Source: the human T2T-CHM13v2.0 reference genome, Homo sapiens. Taken from it: a DNA stretch of 64,000 nucleotides. The stretch lies in assembly GCF_009914755.1 (NCBI RefSeq), contig NC_060933.1; one strand, written 5' to 3'. Below the pieces are notes generated by a model, which did not search any database, was not told the DNA's origin, and worked only from the letters and a program-made list of their open reading frames with translations. Within the stretch, counting starts at the first letter, position 1; every line of letters starts with the position of its first letter. Below are positions 1-9,975 of this stretch, in pieces. The translations under genes and the position numbers were made by a program.

Positions 1-681
1 GGTACTGGTTCAAGAACAGACACATAGACCAATGGAACAGAATAGAGAGCCCAGAAATAAGGCCACACACCTATGACCGTCTGATCTTTGACAAAGATGA
101 CAAACACAACCAATGAGGAAAGGACTCCCTATTCAATAAATGGTGCTGGGATAACTGGCTAGCCATATGCAGAAGACTGGAACTGGACCCCTTCCTTATA
201 TCATAGACAAAAATTAACTCAAGTAGATTAAAGACTTAAATGTAAAACTAAATACTATTAAAAAAAAACTGTGGAAGACAACGTAGGCAATACCATTCTG
301 GACATAGGAACTGGCAAATATTTCGTGGCAAAGATGCCGAAAGCAATTCAACAAAAGCAAACATTGACAAATGAAATCTAATTAAACTAAAGAGCTTCTG
401 CACAGCAAAAGAAACTATCAACAGAGTAAACAGATAACCCTACAGAATGGGTGAAAATATTTGCAAACTATGCAACTGACAAACGTCTATTATCCAGCAT
501 GTATAAGGAACTTAAACAAGTTTATAAAACAAACCACCCCAAGAAACCCCATTAAAAAGTGAGTAAAGGGCATGAACAGGCACATTTCAAAAGATGACAT
601 ACATGCAGCCAACAAGCATATAAAAAAAGCTCAATATCATTGATCATTAGAGAAATACAAATCAAAACCACAGTGAGATAC
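1..681 (+). mobile_element. LINE-1 ORF2 3' fragment (older L1PA13-16/L1PB-like), cut by window start and truncated at ~681
   Basis: Degenerate ORF2 text ([42 protein letters not shown]); ends at 'atcaaaaccacagtgagatac' with no 3' UTR or poly-A. Confidence 0.85.
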
Positions 682-2142
682 ATGGTATACAAGGTGTGAA
701 GACCAAATCAGAGTTACTGGGGTATCTATCACCTCAAACATTTACCTTTTCTTTGTATGGGGAGCATTACAATTCTTCTTTTCTAGCTATTTGGAAATAT
801 ACAATAACTTATTGTCACTATAATTTTCCCCACTGTACTGTCAAATACCAGAACTTATTCCTTCTATCTGTGTTTGTATACTCAGTAACCAACTTCTCTT
901 TATTGTTCCCCTCCTGCTTCCCTTACCAGCCTCTGGTAAATACCATACTGCTTTCTATCTCAAACAGATCCACTTTTTAGCTCCCACATATGAGTGAGAA
1001 CATGCAATATTTGTCTTTCTGTGCCTGGTTTATTTCACTTAATGACCTCCAGTTCCATCCATATTGCTGCAAATGACAGGATTTCATTTTTTATGACTGA
1101 ATAATATTCCATTGTGTATATATACCATGTGTCATAACCATTTATTAATTGATGAACACTTAGGTTGATTATATATCTTGACTTGTGAATAGTGCTGGAA
1201 TAAACATGGGAATGCAGGTATCTCTTTGATGTAGTGATTTCCTTTCATTTGGATATATAACCAGTAGTGAGGTTGCTGGATCATATAGTAGTTCTAGTTT
1301 TAGTTTTTTGAGGATCCTCCATACTGTTTTCTATAATGAGTGTACTACTTCACATTCCCACCAACAGTGTGCAAGTGTTTCTCTTACTTTGCATCCTCAC
1401 CAGCATTTGCTATTTTTGTCCTTTTAATAATAGCCACTCTGAGGCGAAATGATACATTATTGTGGTTTTGATTCGCATTTCCCTGATGATTTGTAATGTT
1501 GAGCATTTTTTTACATGCCTGTCAGCTCTTTGTGTGTCTTCCTTCAACAAATATCTATTCAGGTCTTTTGTCCATTTTTTATCAGAAATTTTTTTTCTTT
1601 GCTCTTGAGTTGAGCTCCTTATATACTCTGGTTATTAACTCCTTGCCAGATGGATAGTTTGCAAATCTTTTCTCCCGTTCTGTAAGTTGGCTTTTCCCTT
1701 TTTGTTTTCTTTGCTGTGCAGAAGTTTTTAGCTTAATGTAATCTATGTGTCTGTTTTTGCTTTTGTTTTCTGTGCTTTTGAGATCTTATCCAAAAAATCT
1801 TTGCCCAGATCCTTGTTGTGGAGCATTTCCCTAATCTTTTCTTCTAGTAATTTTACAATTTCAAGTCTTACATTTAAGTCTTTAATCAATATTGGGTTAA
1901 TTTTATATTTACTAAAAAATGGGGCTCTAATTTTATTCTTCTGCATATTGATATCCAGTTTTCCCAGAACCACTTATTGAAGAGACTATTCCTTCCCCAG
2001 TGCATATTCTTGGGATCTTTGTTGAAAATGGGTTGGCTGTTGGTGCATGGATTTATTTCTGGGTTCTCTATTCTGTTCCATTGGTGTATCTGTCTGTTTT
2101 TATGCCAGTACCATGCTGTTGGGGTTACTATAGCTTTGTGCC

Positions 2143-2191
2143 ATATATATACATATACATATATATATATATATATACATATATATACACA
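2143..2191. repeat. (TA)n/(TACA)n microsatellite derived from the Alu tail
   Basis: atatatatacatatacatatatatatat... directly abutting the Alu poly-T. Confidence 0.9.
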
Positions 2192-2450
2192 TTTTTTTTT
2201 TGAGACAGAGTCTCACTCTGTCACCCAGGCTGTAGTGTAGTGGTGCAATCTTGGATCACTGCAACCTCCACCCCTTAGTATCTGGGATTACAGGTGTCCA
2301 CTACCATGACTGGCTAATTTTTGTATTTTTAGTAGAGATGGGGTTTTGCCATGTTGGCCAGGCTGGCCTCGAACTCCTGACCTCAGGTGATCTGCCCACC
2401 TTGGCCTCCCAAAGTGCTGGGATTACAGGCATGAGTTGCCACACCTGGTC
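2192..2450 (-). mobile_element. AluS element with ~35 bp internal deletion in the right arm
   Basis: tttgagacagagtctcactctgtcacccaggct...ctcaggtgatctgcccaccttggcctcccaaagtgctgggattacagg; the segment 'gggttcaagcgattctcctgcctcagcctcc' is absent. Confidence 0.95.
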
Positions 2451-4913
2451 TTGTTAACAATATTAATTCTTCTAATCCATCAACATGGAATAGCTTTCCA
2501 TTTTTTTGGTGGCCTCTTCAATTTCTGTCATCAATGTTTTAGTTTTACTTATACAGATCTCTCACTTCTTTGGTTAAATTTATTCTAAGGTATTTTTTCT
2601 TTAGTAGCTATTTTAAATGGGATTGCTTTCTTGATTTATTTTTCAAATTGATCACTGTTAATATATAAAAACACTATGGATTTTTGTATGTTGATTTTGC
2701 ATCCTGTGATTTTATTAAATTTGTTCACAAGTTATAAGAGTTTTGGGGGAAAATTCTGGGGTTTTTCTAACTATAAGATTATGTCATCTGCAAACAAGGA
2801 TAATTTGACTTCTTCCTTTACAATTTAGATGCCCTTAATTTTTTTCTTTTGACTAATTGCTCTGGCTAAGATTTCCAGTACTGTTTAATAAAAGTGATGA
2901 AACTGAGCATCCTTGTCTCATTTCAGGTTTTAGTGGAAAGGCTTTCAGTTTTTTCTGTTCAGTATGTTAGCTGTGTGCTTGTCATTTATGACCTTTGTCA
3001 TGTAGAGGTAATTTCCTTCTATACCCAATTTGTTGAGGGTTTTTGTCATCTACAGATGTTGAATTTTATGAAATGTCTTTTCAGCGTCTATTGAAATGAT
3101 CATATCATTTTCATTCTTGATTTTGTTCATGTACTGTATCATTATTAATTTGTAAATGTTGATCATCCTTGCATCCCTGGAATTATTCCCTCTTAATCAT
3201 GGTGAATGGTCTTTTTAATGTATTGTTGAATTCTGTTTGCTAGTATTTTGTGGAGTATTTTTCCACATACGTTCATGAAGGAGCTTGGCCTGTAGTTTTC
3301 TTTTTGGTTATGTCTTTGTCTGGTTTTGGTATTAGGGTAATGTTGGCCTCATTGGATAAGTTTGAAAGTTTTCTCTCCTCTTTGATTGTTTTTTTAAATG
3401 TTTGGTAGAATTCAGCAGTGAAGTCATTGGGTCCTGGGTGTGACTTTGATGGAAGACCATTTATTACTTGTTTGATCTCTTTATTCATCATTGATCTGTT
3501 CAGTTTTCTGTTTTCTCCTGATATGTTGAATGTGTCAAGGAGTTTATCCATTTCTAGGTTTTCCAATTTATTGGTATATAATTGTTTATAATAGTCTAAT
3601 GATCACTTATATTTCTATGGTGTCACCTGTAATGTTTCCTTTTTCATCTCTGATTTTAATTATTTGAGTCTTCTCTATTTTTTTCTTTGTTAGCCTAACT
3701 AATGGTTTGTTGATGTTGTTTATCTTTTCAAAAACTCAACTTTTCGTTTTGTTGACCTTTTGTATTAGTTTTTAGTCTCAATTTCATTTATTTCTGCTCA
3801 CATCTTCAGTATTTATTTTCTGCTACTAATTTAGGGTTTAGTTTGTTCTTTTTTTTCTAATTCCTTGAGATGCATCATTAGGTTGTTTATTTAGATTATT
3901 TATATTGTTTTGATATAAGCATTTATTGCTATAAATGTCCATCTTAGTATCACTCTTCCTGTATCCCATAGTTTTTGGTACATTGTACTTCCGTTTTCAT
4001 GTTTCTCAAGAATTTTTAAAAATTCCTTCTTTATGTATTGACTCAGTAAGCATTCAGGAGCATATTTAATTTCCATGTACTTGTATAGTTTCCAAAGTTC
4101 GTCTATATTTGTATAGTTTTGAAAGTTATTGATTTCTAGTTTTATTTCATTGTGGTCAAAAAAGATACTTGATATAATTTGAATAATTTTGAATTTTTTA
4201 AGATTTGTTGTGTGTCCTAATATATGGCTTATTCTGGAAAATGTTCCATGTGTTGATAGGAAAAGTATGTATTCTGTAGCAGTTGGATGAAATATTCTGT
4301 AAATGTCTGTTACACCATTTGGTCTAGAATATAGTTTAACCCTGATGCTTTTTTGTTAAATTTCTGTCTGGATGATCTGTCCATTGCTAAAAGTGGGGTG
4401 CCCTACTATTTTTGTATTGCCATCTATCTCTCCTTTTAGATCTGTTAAAATTTGCTTTATATATTTGGATGTGCTAGTGTTGGGTGCATATATATTTACT
4501 ATTGTTACATCCTCTTGCTGAATTAACTCTTTTATCATTATATAATGACCTTTGTCTCTTTTTACAGTTTTTGACTTAAAGTCTCTTTTATATGATGTAA
4601 GTTGAGCTACTTCTGCTCTTTTTTGGTTTCTATTTGCATGGAGTATCTTTTCCCATCCCTTCACTTTCAGTTTGTGTGCCCTTATAGGTGAAGTGAGCTT
4701 CTTGTTTACAGCGTATAGTTGGGCCTTATTATTTATTCCATTCAGCCACTCTTTATCTTTTAATTGAAGAATTTAGCCCATTTACATTTAATGTTATTAT
4801 CGATAAGTAAGGACTTCTTATTGCCATTTGGTTAGTTGTTTTCTTGTGATTTTGTAACCTCTCTCTTCCTTTTTTACTGTCTTTCTTTGTGCCTAAGTGA
4901 TTTTTCTCTAATA

Positions 4914-5870
4914 TTAGGTTGGTGCAAAAGTTATTGTGGTTTTGGACCATAAATTTTAAATCACTGTAACTAGGCTCAAACACATCTTTATTAACCAGAA
5001 TAGGAGCCATTACAATCAGTACATTTTGGCCAATGAGAAATAAGTTTGTTTATTCCTGTAGCATAAAAATTCATGCTTCAGGATTTGACTAACTCTTGGA
5101 AAGCATTTTCTGCATCCTGCTGGTTGTGGAGGCATTTTCCCTGCAAAAAGTTATCGAGATGCTTGAAGAAGTGGTAAGCAGTTGGCAAGAGTTCAGGTGA
5201 GTATGGCAGATGAGGCAAAACTTATAGCCCAATTCATTGACTTTTGAAGTGTTGGTTGTGCAATATGCAGTCAGGCATTGTCATGAAGAAAAATTGGGCC
5301 CTTTCTGTTAACCAATGCCGGCTGCAGGTGTTGCAGTTTTCAGTGCATCTCATTGATTTGCTAAGCATACTTCTTTGAGATAATGGTTTCACCAGGATTC
5401 AGAAAGCTGTAGTGGATCAGATTGGCAGCAAAACACCAGACAGTGAGCATGACCTTTTTTTTTGGTGCAAGTTTGGTTTTGGGGAGTGCTTTGGATCATC
5501 TCTTGGTCAAACCACTGAGCTGTTCTTCATTGCTTGTCATATAAAATCCATTTTTCATCACACATCACAATCCAATCAAGAAATGGTTCCTTGTTGTCGC
5601 ACAGAATAAGAGAAGATGACATTTCAAAATTATGATATTTTTTCTGATCAGCTCATGAGGTACCCACTTATCAAGCTTTATCATCTTTCCAATTTGCTTC
5701 AAATGCTGAATGTCCACAGATTGGTTGCCATTGAGTTATTTTGCAACTTCTCATGTAGTTGTAAGAGGATCAGCTTCGATGATTGCTCTCAGTTGGTTGT
5801 TGTCAACTTTCGATGGCCGACCATTATGCTCCTCATCTTCAAGCCTCCTTGACTCCTTTGCAAAACTTCT
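4914..5870 (-). mobile_element. Hsmar1 mariner DNA transposon, 3' ~75% (one TIR plus dead transposase)
   Basis: TA at 4912-4913 then TIR ttaggttggtgcaaaagttattgtggtttt; the minus strand translates to KFCKG, KWVPHEL, IVMCDEKW, LHDNA*, PYSPELLPTAYHFFKHLD and ATGINKLISHWPKCTDCNGSY, matching Hsmar1/SETMAR transposase motifs. Confidence 0.95.
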
Positions 5871-7246
5871 CAGTACCATGCTATTTTCGTTACTATATCT
5901 CTGTAGTAAAATTTGAAGTCAGATAATGTGATTCCTCAGTTTTGTTCTTTTTGCTCAGGATAGCTTTGGCTATTCTGGGTCTTTTGTGGTTCCATGTACA
6001 TCTTAGGATTGTTTTTTCTATTTCTGTGAAGAATGTCTTTGGTATTTTGACAGAGATTGCAATGAATCTGTAGATTGTTTTGAATAGTATAGACATTTTA
6101 ACAATATTGATTCTTCCAATCCATGAACATGGAATCTTTTTTCATTTTTTGGTGTACTGTTCAGTTTCTTTCATCAGTGTTTTACAGTTTTCATCATAGA
6201 GATATTTCACTTCTCTGGTTAATACCTAGGTATTTTATTTTATTTGTAGCTATTGTAAATGAGATTACTTTCTTGATATCTTTTTCAGATTGTTCATTTT
6301 TGGCATATAGAAATGCTGCTGATTTTTATACATTAATTTTGTATCTGGCAACTTTGCTGAATTTGTTTAACAGTTCTAATAGTTTTCTTGTGGGTCTTTA
6401 GGTTTTTCCAAATATAAGATTATATAATCTGCAAACAAGGATAATTTGACTTCTTTCTTTCCAATTTGGAAACCCTTTATTTCTTGCAGCAGTTTGATTT
6501 CTCTAGCTAGGACTTCCAGTAGTATGTTAAATAACATGTTGGAAGTGGACATCCTTGTTGTGTTTCATATATTAAAGGAAAGCTTTCAGTTTTTCCCCAT
6601 TCAATTTTATTTGTCTTCTCTAAGAAACTATTTTTGTTTCCTTGATCTTTTATATTGTTTTCCTCATTTCAATTTCATTTATTTCTGCTCTGATCTTTAT
6701 TTTTTTACATCTACTAATTTGTGTTTGGTTTGCTCTTATTTTTCTAGTTCTTTAAGATGTACTGTTAAATTGTTTATTTGAAATTTTTCCTCTTTTTTGA
6801 TGTAGGTGCTTATAGGTATAAACTTCCCTCTTAGTACTGCTTATACTGTATCCCATATATTTTGTTATGTCATGTTTTCATTATCTATAATTTGTTTCAA
6901 GAGGTTTTTCAATTTTCTTCTTAATGTATTCATTCACCCACTGGTCATTCAGGAGCATATTGTTTAATTTCCATGTGTTTGTATAGTTTCCAAAATTCCT
7001 CTTGTTATTAATTTCTAGTTTTATTCCATTGTGTTCAGAGAAGATGCTTAATATTATTTCAGGTTTTTTTTTAATGTTATGAGATTTGTTTTGTTACCTA
7101 ACATATGGGCTGTCCTTGAGAATGATCCATGTGCTAAGGAAATTATGTGTATTCTGCAGCCACTGAATGAAATGTTCTATAAATATCTATTAGATCCATT
7201 TTGTCTTTAGTACAGATTAAGTCCAGTGTTTCTTTGTAGATTTTCT
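5871..7246 (-). mobile_element. Second LINE-1 ORF2 fragment (L1MA1-3/L1PB-like) with internal deletion near 6603
   Basis: ORF 5893-6096 ([42 protein letters not shown]); ORF2 coordinates duplicate those of the 677-4913 element, so this is an independent copy. Confidence 0.8.
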
Positions 7247-9338
7247 TTTTACCATTTCTTGTAGATGGTTTTGTTTGGTAATGATAAATTCCCTCTGTGT
7301 TTTTTGTTTTTTTGTTGTTTTGAGTTTTGAGGGTTGTCCTTTTGGTTTATTTTTAGTCTGGAAAAGTCTTTAGTTCTCTTTCATTTCTGAAGGATATTTT
7401 TACAGGGTACAATCTTTTTGTTGACATTTTTTTTTCCTTCAGCGTTCTGAGCGTATTTTCCCACTCCTTCCTGGCCTGTAGGGTTTCTAAGAAGTCTCCT
7501 TCCAGTTGTATTTGATCTCCTTTATAAGTTATTTACTTCTTTTCTCTTTCTGCTTTCAGGATTCTTTTCTTTTACCTTTGTGAATTTAATTATATCTGAT
7601 TGGTGACTTTTGACTTTCCTGTATCTGGATACTTATAACTGTCTTCAGATTTGGACATTTTTCTGTTACTACTTTTTTGAATATTGTCTCTACACCTTTC
7701 TTTCTCAGTTCCCTCTTTAACACCAGTAACTCAAATATTTGCTTTTTGATGTCCTGTAGATCCCATAAACTTTGTTCATTCCTTTTCATTCTTTCTTTTC
7801 TGACTGTATATTTTCAAAGAGTCTGTCTTCAAGTGCACTGATTGTTTCTTCTGTTTGATTAATCCAGCTGTTTATGCTCTCTCTTACATTTTTCACTTTA
7901 TTCATTATATGTTTCAGCTCCAAGGTTGATTTTTAAAAATTATTTTAATTTCTCTATTTAATTTCTCTGATAAATTTTTGAATGAACTCTCTGTCTCTTG
8001 AATTTCACTGATCATCCTTAAAACAGCTATTTTGAGTTATTTGTCTGAGAGGTCACACCTCTCCATCCCTTTAGGGTTGATCTCTGGCGTCTTGTCTGTT
8101 TGGTGCAGCCATATTTTCCTGAATGTTCTTGGTGCTTGTGAAAGAGCAACAATGTCTGTGCATTGAGGAATTAGGTAATTATTTTATTCTTCAAAGGGTG
8201 GTTTTCTTTGTGCTTGTCCTTCTTCAGAGGGCCTTCCAGGGATTCTAAGCTGACTGACTATGGTGTTCCCTGAGTCATTCACAGGTGAAGATGTCTCAGC
8301 ACTAGAGGATGTTCCAAGCCCTATCTTGCCCACAAGTCTCACAAATGCTCAGAAGTTGATGTGGCCATCTGTCCCAGATGGATCTGGGGAAGATCCAAGG
8401 AGAGTAATAGGGCTATGTGGGAATGCTGGCCAAGGAACTGAGTGCAGAAGACTATCCTTTTGGCCCAAGAGAGGGATCCTTGCCTGTAGGCCTCTGCCCA
8501 GGTAGGATGGGTCCCTTACTGCAGTGAAAGGGGCTGGAGTTGAGATTGAGCATTTGGGGATCTTCTGTGAGAAGGAGGCTGGTGGTCTGTCTTATTGGAT
8601 CAGATGGACATGCATCACCCAGCAGGTCCCTGCACAGACGGGAGAGTTCCTCAACTGCAGCAGGAGAGGCTGGAGCTGAGACTGGGCCCCCTTGAGATCT
8701 GCTATGGGATAGAGGCTGGAGAGCCTGGTCTTAGCTCAGAAAAGTAAGTTCCTGCACAGGTAGGATGGTTCTCCTACTGCAGTGAAAGGGCCAGGGCTGA
8801 GACTGGACTTCTTGGAATCTGCTTTGGGACAGAAGTAGATGAGCCTGTCAGGGAGGCTCAGACTGCCAGGCTTGACGTATGGACAAGTCTCCCTCTAAGC
8901 TGGGATCTTAGCTGAGGAAGGCTGGAATAGTGCCCCAGGGCAAATTTCGGGTCCACTGCCAAGGCCAATGTCAGCAAGCTGATGAGCCTTTCTACCAAGG
9001 CAGTAGTGTACACAGTTCTTTCTGGACCCCTTGGCAGATGATTTTGGTTGTAGGCTTAAGGCCAAATGCGGCTGTAGCCAAGCCCCTTCAGGGACTGGGC
9101 TGTTTCTGGGCTTGAACCCAGAAGCAAGTTTGGCAGAGCAGATCTGTCAGCTGGGTATTGGTCTGCACTCTCAAAATGACCCTCCTAGGTCATGGGCTCT
9201 GCTAGGCTTTCACAGACTCCTATCTGAATTCCAAGGCTCAAACAGAGAGACTTTTTACTGTGGATAGGTGCAGAATTGTTGTTGTGGGGGAATATGAGCA
9301 GGTTACCTCCTATTCTGCTATCTTGGTGACATCATCCC
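7247..9338 (-). mobile_element. ORF1 and 5' UTR of an ancient L1M element (probable 5' part of the 677-4913 copy)
   Basis: ORF 7586-7789 resembles ORF1 (KRNEQSLWDL..IQIQESQKSPIRY); GC-richer 5' UTR ends in L1-type start (minus strand: gtcaccaagatagcagaatagg). Confidence 0.75.
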
Positions 9339-9574
9339 CACAGAAGACAGTTTTGAAACTGAAAGGGAATTTGAAATTTTGTAGTTTAATATTTCCATTT
9401 ACATTTAAGATATCTGAAGCCTAAGTGGGTTCAATCAATTTTTAAAAAAGTTCTGCCGTGTGGGTCTGAATTAGGTTCAATGGGGACATGAACGTAAGTG
9501 TTATACCATCATGTCTTTAAGAAGCTTATAATTGTGTAGTGATGAGATTCAAACAAAAATAACTATAATCAGCA

Positions 9575-9975
9575 GTACGTGGTGTGGGCTTTAATTTTGT
9601 ATCCAATCAGATACAAATTTGAAGTCCAGCTTCTGATCTTACTATCTGTGTGATCATGGACTAATTTACTAGGTTCTTTTAGCTTCAATTTTTTCATCTG
9701 TACAAACAGAGGTAACAATATCTAATTTTAATGAAAGCCAATATTTATTTATTTATTGGGCACTGAGCACTGACATGGTGCCTCAGCCTCCTGAGTAGCT
9801 GGGATTACAGGTGCGCACCACCACACCTGTAAGACACCGTGCTATGTAAGCATATGCCAGGCACTGTGCTATGTGAACATTTCACATATGTTACCACCTT
9901 TAATCCTTGTGTGAACCTATGTGAGGTGATATTGTTACAATTTTATAGAGGAGGAAAATGAGGTTATGAGAGATT
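9575..9975. mobile_element. MIR fragments (opposite orientations)
   Basis: Core-like 'ttagcttcaattttttcatctgtacaaacag' and 'attttatagaggaggaaaatgaggtt'. Confidence 0.6.
9779..9829 (-). mobile_element. Isolated ~50 bp internal Alu fragment
   Basis: tgcctcagcctcctgagtagctgggattacaggtgcgcaccaccacacctg with no Alu ends or tail. Confidence 0.9.

Larger units (their letters stand above)
677..4913 (-). mobile_element. Ancient L1MA-like LINE-1, 3' UTR and ORF2 part (interrupted by an Alu at ~2143-2450)
   Basis: L1MA-type 3' UTR; minus-strand ORF remnants match ORF2 (1743-1973 IKDLNVRLE; 3273-3566 GPNDFTAEFYQTFK; 4356-4664 endonuclease KRDKGHYIMIK..NIYAPN; ITLNVNGLN at ~4775-4800). Confidence 0.85.

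Noticed and set aside
8495-8850. Repeat-spacer-like periodicity (CRISPR-like array)
   Set aside because: Whole units are degenerate copies with no unique spacers; eukaryotic L1 5' UTR context
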